64,000 nucleotides of DNA from Abditibacteriaceae bacterium (lineage in GTDB: Bacteria > Armatimonadota > Abditibacteriia > Abditibacteriales > Abditibacteriaceae): positions 2,496,001-2,560,000 of the forward strand of contig OZ255721.1 in assembly GCA_965277285.1 (NCBI GenBank), in the 5' to 3' direction. Below are positions 49,646 to 58,266 of this stretch, one piece after another. The notes under the pieces were generated by a model that ran no database searches, was not told the origin of the DNA, and saw nothing but the letters and a program-made list of their open reading frames with translations. The position numbers and the translations under genes are program-made. Position 1 is the stretch's first letter, and every line of letters begins with the position of its first letter.

Positions 49646-50851
49646 ATGTTTCGACGCGTTGTTTCCGGCTTGGCTTTGAGCCTCGCTTTAACAAGCCTTT
49701 TTGGTGCTCAACCGTTGCGCGCGCAGGAAATTTCGCCGCGCAGTATGGAATTGGCGCTGGCTGTACCGCCGCGCGGCGAGGCCGCGACACGTTTGGCGGA
49801 ACGTTTACGCACATGGTTTGGCGCCGATGAACTGAAAGCGGGCGCCAAACCCAAAACGCAGGAAACCGATGTCGTGTGGGCGATAGAAACCACTGCGCAA
49901 AACGTCAGCGTTGTTTCGCAAACCAGCGATTTTCGCTTGCCTTTGGTTCGATTGGGCGACACAAACGTGTGGGCGGCGGCGAAAACTTTGCCCGAAGGAA
50001 CCGGAATGCGCTGGAATTACGATGTGGATGGTCGGTCAGTCGGCGGCAACTTTTTCGAGGTTTACACGACGCCGCGCGAAGCGACTGATTTAGGCGCGCC
50101 TCAAGGAAAGCTTACGGAAATGCCAGTGTGGACAAGCACGATTTTCCCGGGCGTGACGCGCCATTGGTGGGTTTATGTTCCGTCGCAATATCAGAAAAGC
50201 AAACCTGCTTGCGTGATGATTTTTCAGGATGGCGGCGGCTACCGCGATTATGTGCCGCGCGTCTTCGATAACCTGATTGCGAGCGGTCAAATGCCTGTCA
50301 CGGTCGGCGTATTCCTTGATCCGGGCGTTCGTCCCGATGGCAGCAGCGAGCGCAGTTTTGAATACGACACCTTATCCGACCAATATGCGCGGTTTTTGCT
50401 GCAAGAAATTCTGCCCGAAGTCGAAAAGACGACGCCTCTCAAGCACGATGCAGCCAGTCGCGCCATTGCCGGATTGAGCAGCGGCGGCATTTGCGCTTTC
50501 ACCGCCGCGTGGCAACGACCGGACGAATTCGGCAAAGTCGTGTCGTGGATCGGTTCGTTCACCAACATCGCCAGCGGCGCGACGGGACGCGAAGGCGGCC
50601 ACAATTACGAAGCCCTGATTCGCAAAACGCCGATGAAACCGATTCGCGTGTTCTTGCAGGACGGCGCCAACGATTTGGATAACGACAACGGAAACTGGCC
50701 GCTCGCCAATCAGCAAATGGCGAAAGCTCTGGCTTTCAAAGGCTACGATTACAAATTCATTTTTGGCCAAGGAACGCACAGTCCGGCGCACGGTCGCTCA
50801 ATTTTCCCCGACGCACTGCGCTGGCTGTGGCGCGATTATCCCAAATCGTAA
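49646..50851 (+). CDS. Exported alpha/beta hydrolase (enterochelin esterase-like)
   Basis: Signal peptide, VYVPSQY, FQDG, RSFEYD and the GLSSGG nucleophile elbow. Confidence 0.88.
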   Translation: MFRRVVSGLALSLALTSLFGAQPLRAQEISPRSMELALAVPPRGEAATRLAERLRTWFGADELKAGAKPKTQETDVVWAIETTAQNVSVVSQTSDFRLPLVRLGDTNVWAAAKTLPEGTGMRWNYDVDGRSVGGNFFEVYTTPREATDLGAPQGKLTEMPVWTSTIFPGVTRHWWVYVPSQYQKSKPACVMIFQDGGGYRDYVPRVFDNLIASGQMPVTVGVFLDPGVRPDGSSERSFEYDTLSDQYARFLLQEILPEVEKTTPLKHDAASRAIAGLSSGGICAFTAAWQRPDEFGKVVSWIGSFTNIASGATGREGGHNYEALIRKTPMKPIRVFLQDGANDLDNDNGNWPLANQQMAKALAFKGYDYKFIFGQGTHSPAHGRSIFPDALRWLWRDYPKS

Positions 50852-51029
50852 TTTATTGGGGCATTTGAGAATGAACATCCAGAACCCCAAGCATAAGCGC
50901 GGGACTGAAGTGACAGTTATTGCAGCCCTGCGCTTATGCTTGAATGCGCTACGATCTGGACGAAACAGTGCATCGAGTACTCGATAGTTGAAAAGCCAAG
51001 CTGATGATGAAAGAAGTCGGCTCTCTCGC

Positions 51030-51305
51030 TTACTCTTCTACAGGCAAAGGCTTGATTTCGTTGGTTTTGTTATCTTTCTTGTCTAATTTATAGTAAATCC
51101 CTTCGGCCCAGTATTCGACCGAGCGATGACGAATCTGCCAATCGTACTCACGAGAGCACTTGTCGTTAATTTGCTTGGCAAAATATGCAACGCGATGCAA
51201 AGCCTCCGACTCGCTGATGCCATAAGATGCGACCATGAAAGACACCATCTGCAGATAATACTGCCGCAGTTCCAAGTCCGCCACAAAGTCAAGGTTTTTC
51301 ATCAT
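51030..51305 (-). CDS. Small hypothetical protein, AT-richer than its neighbours
   Basis: 91-aa ORF bracketed by palindrome copies at 50973 and 51456. Confidence 0.55.
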   Translation of the reverse strand: MMKNLDFVADLELRQYYLQMVSFMVASYGISESEALHRVAYFAKQINDKCSREYDWQIRHRSVEYWAEGIYYKLDKKDNKTNEIKPLPVEE

Positions 51306-51493
51306 TATTTAACCACCGATTTGTCGAGAATTTCGATTCCTGTTGATGACGTGACTTTCTATTGAGTCTCGTTCTCCATCGCTTTGATTTTGTCTTCCAT
51401 TTTTCACCTGTTGCAATGCAACCTGTTGTAGATTAACGACAAAGCGCATCGAGTTTCGAGTACTCGATGCGCTTTGTTATCTCTACAACACTT

Positions 51494-53011
51494 TTAGCCG
51501 ACGAAAGTGTCTTCGCCTGAATCTTCGAGAAGAAACTGCGAGTGAACTTCGCGCACGCCTTTGACAGCGCGAACGATAGTTCCGATTTGCGTTTTCAAGG
51601 CTTCGTCCATCATCGGGCCGCGCAACGTGACGACGCCGTCCACGCAATCGACGTTGATGCGCTCCAGGTTGCGCGTCGCTTCGGCTTCGCCCAGAGCGGT
51701 GCGCACGCGGTCGGCGATTGTCACGTCGTCCGCGAAGTCTTCGGCTTTGGCGTTTTGCGCTTCGTGCAGTTTGCCTTCGGCGCGGTTGCGTAGATCGGCG
51801 GCTTTGCGCGTGGCTTCCTCGCGCAGTTTGGCGGCGCTGCCACCGGCTTGACGCAGTTTGTCTTTGGCCAGTGCGCGCGAACGTCGTCCTTCGTTGGGCG
51901 CCAAGAACAGCATCAAAGCGGCGCCAATTAGCGCGCCAACCGCAATCCACAACCATTTGGAAGTTTCGTCTTCGACGTGAATTTGTGGCGCGTGACGAAC
52001 CGCCTCTTTCCCGGAATCCACGATTTCTTCGCTACGTTTGTCCAGATCGCGGCGCTTGCTGTCGGCTTGCTTGCGACCTTTCTTCCCGTGTTTTTGCGCT
52101 TGTTCACTCGCCTCGCGCGCTGTTTTTCGTGCTTTACCGACGGAATCTTGCGCCGTCTTCGTGGCATCTACGGTAGCGCCTTGCGCTTGCTCGCCTTTGT
52201 CTGTGAAATAACCCGTCAGCGAATCGCGCCACGATTGGGCGGCTTCATTTCCAGTACTCGAAAGTTCGGCGATTTTGCGCTGTGCCGTCTCAGACGTTTG
52301 CCTGGCTTGTTCGCGCGCGATTTGTGCGGCGTTGGCGGCGGCTTCCTGCGCGTCGTGTGCTGCGCGTTCGGCGTGTTTGCGCGCTTTTTTCGTCGCGTAT
52401 TCTTTCCATTCCGCGAGAGCAGCGGCGGCGAGAGCGGCGAGTTCCGTTGCTTGGTCGCGCGCGGCCTGCAACTTTTCGTTGGCCGCTTGCGCCGATTGAG
52501 CGGCAACATCTGGCGCGGCGTTCCACTGCGACTGAGCTTGGCGGCGCGCGGCTTTGGCGCTTTTGCCTGCTTTGGCAGCTAAATCAGCAGCATGTTCCTG
52601 AGCGTTTTTCGCTGCACTGTGGGCGAATTCTCCAGCGCTTTGAGCTGCCGATTGCGCTGTGCTTTGCGCGGCGTCTTGCAAGGTGGGCGCTTTGTCGTGC
52701 CAGACATCTTTGGCCGCTGCGAGTTTGGCCGCCGCGATTCCCACGGCGCCAGTTGCCACGCCAGATGCCAAATCTTTGGCCTGCGAAGCAGTCGCGGAAA
52801 GTGTTGAAGCTGCACCGGACGAAGCGTGGCTCAAGGTTTCCACAGCGTTTTTGCGTGTATGTTTCAAGCTGTCTGCCACTTGATCAACGGGCAACGCGGC
52901 GAATTTGCCTTGCGCGCCCGCGACAGCACCGGAAAACAAATCGGCGACGGTGTCCTGCAAGACTTCGAGTTTGGTTTTACGTTTGCGAAACGGCCAGATT
53001 GGAAAAGCCAT
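51494..53011 (-). CDS. Ala-rich LEA/YtxH-like protein with a C-terminal BON domain
   Basis: Long Ala/Gln helical repeats, 'GALIGAALMLFLAP..GRRSR' YtxH-like segment, 'DDVTIADRV...GVVTLRG...VKGVREV' BON domain. Confidence 0.85.
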   Translation of the reverse strand: MAFPIWPFRKRKTKLEVLQDTVADLFSGAVAGAQGKFAALPVDQVADSLKHTRKNAVETLSHASSGAASTLSATASQAKDLASGVATGAVGIAAAKLAAAKDVWHDKAPTLQDAAQSTAQSAAQSAGEFAHSAAKNAQEHAADLAAKAGKSAKAARRQAQSQWNAAPDVAAQSAQAANEKLQAARDQATELAALAAAALAEWKEYATKKARKHAERAAHDAQEAAANAAQIAREQARQTSETAQRKIAELSSTGNEAAQSWRDSLTGYFTDKGEQAQGATVDATKTAQDSVGKARKTAREASEQAQKHGKKGRKQADSKRRDLDKRSEEIVDSGKEAVRHAPQIHVEDETSKWLWIAVGALIGAALMLFLAPNEGRRSRALAKDKLRQAGGSAAKLREEATRKAADLRNRAEGKLHEAQNAKAEDFADDVTIADRVRTALGEAEATRNLERINVDCVDGVVTLRGPMMDEALKTQIGTIVRAVKGVREVHSQFLLEDSGEDTFVG

Positions 53012-53188
53012 ACAAAGCTCCTTGTGCGGCTGAATTTGTGAAGCTGAATGAGAAAACGATGATCGACAGCACGTTAAGCGGCAACAGCGGGCGTCTCCAT
53101 GATGCAAGTCGCGCGCCGCCCTGCTATCCTTTGATGCATCCAAAACTGCGAATCGAGTACTCGATTCCCCCAACTGAAGGAGAAGTTT

Positions 53189-53776
53189 GTGGCACTTTCA
53201 ACATCCGATTTCAAGACCGGCCTGACCATTGAATACGAAGGAAACGTTTATCAAATCGTCGATTTTCAGCACGTCAAACCTGGCAAGGGTGGCGCTTTTG
53301 TGCGCTCGCACATCCGCAACCTGAAGACTGGCAACACGGTCGAAAAAACCTGGCGCGCCGGTGACAAAATGGATCAGGCGATTGTCGAGCGCCGCAACGT
53401 CGAATACTTGTACCGCGACGGCGATGACCTGGTTTTTATGGACATGAGCGACTTTGAAAACCTGACGCTTCCGGCCAAACAAGCGGGCGCCGCCGTCAAT
53501 TTCCTGAAAGACAACACCACAGTTCAACTGGTGCAGTGGAAAGAGCAACTCCTCAACATCGAGCTGCCGACGACGATGGAGTTCCTCATCACTCAGGCTG
53601 ATCCGGGCGAGCGCGGCAACACGGCGCAGGGCGGCTCGAAAAGCGCAACGCTCGAAACTGGCGCCGTCGTGTCGGTGCCGATGTTCGTCAACGAAGGCGA
53701 AACTATTCGCGTCCGCATTTCCCAGGACACGCAAACCGGACAGTATACCGGACAATATAGCGAACGCGTCAAGTAA
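53189..53776 (+). CDS. efp: Elongation factor P
   Basis: HVKPGKGGAFVR, PGERGNTA and ATLETG motifs; GTG start with GAAGGAG RBS. Confidence 0.97.
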   Translation: MALSTSDFKTGLTIEYEGNVYQIVDFQHVKPGKGGAFVRSHIRNLKTGNTVEKTWRAGDKMDQAIVERRNVEYLYRDGDDLVFMDMSDFENLTLPAKQAGAAVNFLKDNTTVQLVQWKEQLLNIELPTTMEFLITQADPGERGNTAQGGSKSATLETGAVVSVPMFVNEGETIRVRISQDTQTGQYTGQYSERVK

Positions 53777-53850
53777 CCGCAGGCATGAGGTGAAAGGGCT
53801 GAGGAACGAGAGTTCTTTCAGTTCTTTCACATCACACCTTTCCCTTTCTC

Positions 53851-55083
53851 ATGGTTGAACGCAACGAACTAATTACGGTTTGTCGGCAGGTCGGCGGCAT
53901 GATGGAAGCCGGCGTCGATATTTTGCGCATCACGCGCGTCTTGCGAGCGCAAACCGAAAACCCGCGCTTGTTACAGCTTTACGACGCGCTCGACCACGAC
54001 ATGACGATGGGGCACGGTTTGGCGGACGCGATGTCGCACGCGCCGGATGTGTTTTCGCCCTTCATGGTTTTGATGGTGCAGCAGGGCGAAGCGCGCAACG
54101 ATCTCGCGGGTTCCTTTTTCAAAATCGCCGATTACATCCAGAAAGATGGCGAACTGGCGCAGGAATCTTCCAGCCGCGATGCTTCTCAAGCTTCTTCGTC
54201 GCAACCTCAAGGCGAGGCGGAAAGCGCCAGCGATTTGCTCGCCAATCGAGTACTCGATTCCCGCATGAATGCGCCGACCGCGCCGCTCACCGTCATTGCA
54301 TTGGATGGCCTGATTGATCGTTTGCAGACTTTCGCCTTGCGCGCTTTAACGGTAATTTCCGGTTTGTTGTTATCGTTGGCAGGCGTCTGGTGGAGCGTCG
54401 AAATGGGTTGGCTGGAGCGGCGCTGGTCTTATCCGACGGCGTTCAGCGTGGCCGCGATTTTTATGGGTTCATCCGGCATTTTGATTCAGCGACGCATCAA
54501 ATCTGAACGACGCCGCGAAGCGCGTTGCTCGTTTTGTGGTCGCCCGGGCACCGAAGGCGACGAATTGCAACGCGCGCCGCGTTTCGCCGGAGCCGCCATT
54601 TGCAGCCGTTGCGCCAGCATCGCCGCCAGGCAACACGGTAAACCAGAAAACAGTCAGCGCACGCAAACACCAGGTGATCAAACACCAGGTGATCAAACAC
54701 CAGGTGATCAAACACCAGGTGATCAAACGCCAAACGATGAACCTCGTCCCGAGTCGCCGAATGATGCGCCACGTTCTTCACCAAAGGCGAAAAATCATTC
54801 CGTTTCAACATCTGGTTCAACAATTGGAGCCACCAATAACGAAACAACTGCGACACAGGATTCTTTGCTCGGAGACAAGCTTAATGTTGGCAGCAAACCC
54901 GCTCGAGAAAACGAAAGTTCATTTGCGAACGTTCCGGACGGCGAATTACATAATTCGAGTACTCGAAATCAAGCGCGGCGCGAGGTTTCGTCCAACAAAA
55001 CCAATCAGAAAATAGCAGTCGAGGAAGCATCCGCAGAAGCATCCGCAGAAGCGTCCAATGAAGGCGAAGAAGACTTTGAATGA
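53851..55083 (+). CDS. T2SS-F/PilC-like domain + two TMs + ClpX-type C4 zinc finger + disordered tail
   Basis: 'RQVGGMMEAGV...G.GLADAM...FSP...MVQQGE' and CSFCG...ICSRC. Confidence 0.7.
   Translation: MVERNELITVCRQVGGMMEAGVDILRITRVLRAQTENPRLLQLYDALDHDMTMGHGLADAMSHAPDVFSPFMVLMVQQGEARNDLAGSFFKIADYIQKDGELAQESSSRDASQASSSQPQGEAESASDLLANRVLDSRMNAPTAPLTVIALDGLIDRLQTFALRALTVISGLLLSLAGVWWSVEMGWLERRWSYPTAFSVAAIFMGSSGILIQRRIKSERRREARCSFCGRPGTEGDELQRAPRFAGAAICSRCASIAARQHGKPENSQRTQTPGDQTPGDQTPGDQTPGDQTPNDEPRPESPNDAPRSSPKAKNHSVSTSGSTIGATNNETTATQDSLLGDKLNVGSKPARENESSFANVPDGELHNSSTRNQARREVSSNKTNQKIAVEEASAEASAEASNEGEEDFE
54664..54723 (+). repeat. 15-bp tandem repeat x4 (QTPGD)
   Basis: CAAACACCAGGTGAT repeated four times plus a partial copy. 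Confidence 0.95.
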
Positions 55084-55208
55084 ACGCTCGTGACTTGGTG
55101 AACTGAAGCGAGGGAAAGTTCTTCCACAATTTATTTCCCTTGCTAACGTTTCAGGTTCGCAAATCACATCATTTTGAGTCACTCTAAGTGCGAGAAAAGG
55201 AACCGACC

Positions 55209-55574
55209 ATGCGCGTTTTGATTGTCGAAGATAACACGGAACTGCGCGATTTTTTTTGTTTGAGCTTAAACGAAGTGGAGATTGACGCGGTTGGCGTCGC
55301 GGGAACCAGCGGCACAGACGAATTGGTGAAACGCGTCGAAGACGAAGATTTTGACGTCATTGTCATTGATTCCGTGCTGGGTGCGAGCGATGGCATCGCG
55401 CTCACACAACGTTTCCGCAGCGGCGGCAAAGGTCGCGCCATTCCCATCGTCTTGATGTCGGCCATTGGAACGAGCTTGGCACGCCGCATGGCTGCAAGCG
55501 CCGGTTGCAGCGAGTTTCTGGTCAAGCCTTTTTCCTTGTCGCGCCTGATCGAAGTTCTACGCAAAGTGGCGTAA
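55209..55574 (+). CDS. Single-domain response regulator (CheY-like)
   Basis: VLIVEDN, VIVID, DG and FLVKPF motifs. Confidence 0.9.
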   Translation: MRVLIVEDNTELRDFFCLSLNEVEIDAVGVAGTSGTDELVKRVEDEDFDVIVIDSVLGASDGIALTQRFRSGGKGRAIPIVLMSAIGTSLARRMAASAGCSEFLVKPFSLSRLIEVLRKVA

Positions 55575-55623
55575 AAACTGTTTGAAACCATAAAACCGCC
55601 GCTTTTGAGACGGCGGTTTTCTT

Positions 55624-57408
55624 TTGTATGCGGGTGACAAAGTGCTTTTCGATTCGGTATTATTGGCCGCCGTCGCCAGCGAAATACGCGCCCTGCGCGA
55701 TGCGACTTTGCGCGACATCTGGCAAAGCGAAAACCAAAACGGCGAAGACGGGCGCGCTGTTTATCTTCAATTCCGCGAAGCAACGCTGCTAATTGATACG
55801 CACCCGCAACGCGCGCGCTTGCATTTCCTGTCGAAAGTTCCGCAATCGAGTACTCGAAGCGCGTCTTCGTCGCCCGTTGCGACTTTGCCGGTTGCGCCTT
55901 CAACGTTCACGCAAACGCTGCGTAAAGCTTTGCGCGGCGCGCGACTCGTTCAAATCGTGCAGCCCAATTTTGACCGCGTTCTGCGACTGGTTTTTCAATC
56001 GCGCAACGATGTCGGCGAAGATGTGTCGCACACACTCGTCGCCGAATTGATGGAGCGTCGCTCGAACCTGATTTTGCTCGATTCCGACGACATCATCATC
56101 GACGCCTTAAAACGATTGCCGCCGTTTCTCAACCGCGCGCGCACCATTTTGCCGCATCATAAATACGAACTTCCGCCATCAAATCAGGAAAACCCGTTGC
56201 TCGTCACCGATTGGCACAATCGAGTACTCGAAGCGTGGCAAAACGCATCTCAACAAAACGCATCTCAACAAAACGCAGATTGGGAATGGCTGCCGTGGCT
56301 GCGCACCCATTTCACTGGCGTTTCGCCGCTGGTCGCGCGCGCCCTTCAAATGCAGTTGAACGAGCAAGCACGAACTGAAGGTTTTGCGCAGGTTTTCGAG
56401 AAGTTTTGGAAACGCGCTTACGACGTGGCGCGCGGAAATTTCTCGTCAGTTCTCTGTGGCACTCAGCCGTATCCGTTCGCTTTGAACGACGCGTGCCAGG
56501 CACGTCAACAAACCTTGAGCGAGTTGATCGAAGAATTCGCGCAACGCGAAGAAGACACGCAAGACTTGACCAACGAGCGCACAAAGTTGCTGTCGCATCT
56601 GGCGAAACGCTTGAAAATCAACGCGGCGCAACGTGACGATGTCGCCAAATCGAAGCGTCATGCGCAGGACGCGGAACGTTTCAAAACGACCGGAAACTTG
56701 ATGCTGACGCACATCGCCGCAGTCGAAAACGCTTTGAATAATGGACGCAAATCGCTGGAATTGATGGACGAAGATGGCACGGTTTACATTGCCGATCTCG
56801 AACCGGATTGGAACGCTGCGGACAACGCGCAGCGTTTTTTCAATCGTTATCGCCGCGCCGTGAAACTGGAAGGCAAAGCGCCCGAACGCGAACGAACGCT
56901 CGAAATCGAGCAATCTCAACTGGAAAATTGGTGCGCGCAAGTGCAAAGTGCGACGACAACCCAAGAACTGCAAGAGATCGCGCGCGATTGTGGTTTCGAG
57001 CAGAACAACGCGACGAAAACAATTTCGCGTACCAAACAACAGGAAGAATCGGCGCGCCCCGAAAGCAAATTGCGCCAGCGTGACATCGAAGGTTGGCGCG
57101 TTTGGATGGGACGCAGCGCACTGGAAAACCAGGTTTTGCTGTCGAAAGTCGCGCGGCCTTCGGACATCTGGATGCACGTCCGCGATGCGCCGTCGGCTCA
57201 TGTTCTGATTAAGAATCAGAAAGGCAAAGAACCGCCGATTCGAGTACTCGAAGACGCCGCGCGCTGGCTGGCGAACGTGTCGCGCAAAGGCAAAAGCGAC
57301 GAGACGCTGGAGATTATCTACACGCCGGCCAAATGGGTGCGCGCCGTGAAAGGCTCGCCGGGCCGCGTCACGCTGGGACGCTTTCAAACGCTTTTGATTA
57401 CGACTTGA
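55624..57408 (+). CDS. rqcH: NFACT / Rqc2 family ribosome-rescue factor (RqcH/FbpA)
   Basis: FDRVL, ELM..RSNLIL, NAQRFF.RY, GRSALEN and DIWMHVRDAPSAHV motifs. Confidence 0.88.
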   Translation: MYAGDKVLFDSVLLAAVASEIRALRDATLRDIWQSENQNGEDGRAVYLQFREATLLIDTHPQRARLHFLSKVPQSSTRSASSSPVATLPVAPSTFTQTLRKALRGARLVQIVQPNFDRVLRLVFQSRNDVGEDVSHTLVAELMERRSNLILLDSDDIIIDALKRLPPFLNRARTILPHHKYELPPSNQENPLLVTDWHNRVLEAWQNASQQNASQQNADWEWLPWLRTHFTGVSPLVARALQMQLNEQARTEGFAQVFEKFWKRAYDVARGNFSSVLCGTQPYPFALNDACQARQQTLSELIEEFAQREEDTQDLTNERTKLLSHLAKRLKINAAQRDDVAKSKRHAQDAERFKTTGNLMLTHIAAVENALNNGRKSLELMDEDGTVYIADLEPDWNAADNAQRFFNRYRRAVKLEGKAPERERTLEIEQSQLENWCAQVQSATTTQELQEIARDCGFEQNNATKTISRTKQQEESARPESKLRQRDIEGWRVWMGRSALENQVLLSKVARPSDIWMHVRDAPSAHVLIKNQKGKEPPIRVLEDAARWLANVSRKGKSDETLEIIYTPAKWVRAVKGSPGRVTLGRFQTLLITT

Positions 57409-57479
57409 ACTGAACAAAATGAAAATCAAAGACGTAGATTGCGTTGAGCTTATTGATTACTTGGTACCAGGAGTTACGT

Positions 57480-57716
57480 ATGGCTTACGTCAAATTTCAC
57501 AACGAAGTTTGTGAGCAGATTCCAAACGGTTGGACGCTGTGTTTTCAACGTTGTACTTACCATTTAGACGATGACACAACAGAAGAAGGTTATCGATTTA
57601 TTTGGCGCCGTCCAGGCGGCACGTTGCAAGCAGCGCGGGGACAAGCGCGCATTCCAAATGCGGCAATTATGCAACGTCTAACCAATGCAGCTAAAGATGC
57701 CGGCTGGCTTGTGTAA
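57480..57716 (+). CDS. Small conserved-looking hypothetical protein
   Basis: AGGAG RBS; WTLCFQRC..., GYRFIWRRP and ARGQARIP. Confidence 0.75.
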   Translation: MAYVKFHNEVCEQIPNGWTLCFQRCTYHLDDDTTEEGYRFIWRRPGGTLQAARGQARIPNAAIMQRLTNAAKDAGWLV

Positions 57717-57766
57717 AACAGACACGCAACTTGACCATTCCGCCAACTCTTTTTTGATGCTCGCCA

Positions 57767-57795
57767 TTGACAACTTCCGCAGCGCGTTGTATATT
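57767..57795 (+). promoter_or_regulatory. Sigma-70-type promoter for the leader/tRNA/RNA-repair unit
   Basis: TTGACA (57767) - 17 bp - TATATT (57790). Confidence 0.7.
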
Positions 57796-57831
57796 GGCCA
57801 TCCTCTGCCGAACAATGCGGTAAGCCAAATC

Positions 57832-58002
57832 ATGCGACATTTTTCTTTCGACAACTTGAACCTTCAGAACGCTGCGACAATTTTCGCGGTGCGCTTTGTC
57901 GCGTCCCCGGTGTCGCTGCGAAATAACGGAACGAATCCAGGATCGAATCTCGATAATATTTTAGATGGCGTTTTTGAAAGAACGAACCTTGCGTTCAGGT
58001 GA
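57832..58002 (+). CDS. Putative Asn-rich leader peptide (56 aa)
   Basis: MRHFSFDNLNLQNAATIFAVRFVASPVSLRNNGTNPGSNLDNILDGVFERTNLAFR*, 9 Asn; stop lies 18 nt before a terminator; RBS weak. Confidence 0.5.
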   Translation: MRHFSFDNLNLQNAATIFAVRFVASPVSLRNNGTNPGSNLDNILDGVFERTNLAFR

Positions 58003-58020
58003 TTTCTCACTTTCTTTCAA

Positions 58021-58062
58021 GCCCGCCGTCGAGATGTTTTCGATGGCGGGCTTTTTGTTTTT
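58021..58062 (+). terminator. Intrinsic terminator / attenuator upstream of tRNA-Asn
   Basis: 12-bp stem GCCCGCCGTCGA/TCGATGGCGGGC followed by TTTTTGTTTTT. Confidence 0.85.
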
Positions 58063-58073
58063 GCCCGACTTTT

Positions 58074-58145
58074 TGCGAGGTAGCTCAGTGGTAGAGCCGC
58101 CGCCTGTTAAGCGGAAGATCGCGGGTTCGAATCCCGCCCTCGCAG
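58074..58145 (+). tRNA. tRNA-Asn (GTT)
   Basis: Acceptor TGCGAGG/CCTCGCA plus G discriminator, D-arm TAGCTCAGTGGTAGAGC, anticodon loop CT-GTT-AA, T-arm GCGGGTTCGAATCCCGC; CCA not encoded. Confidence 0.92.
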
Positions 58146-58266
58146 TTTCAATGTCGTAGGGGCGACCCGCTGGGTCGTCCTTTGTTTCACGCCGCGATTG
58201 GGGCGACTCACAATTCATTCCACGCCGCGATTTGGGCGACTCAGCGAGTCGCCCCTACGGAAAATT

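Noticed and set aside
54664..54723. 15-bp tandem repeat as an array element or as the antisense (ITWCL)n ORF
   Set aside because: It is an in-frame coding minisatellite in a disordered tail, with no spacers.
55209..55574. Response regulator as the missing PhoB
   Set aside because: Receiver domain only, with no winged-helix output domain, and it is far from phoR.
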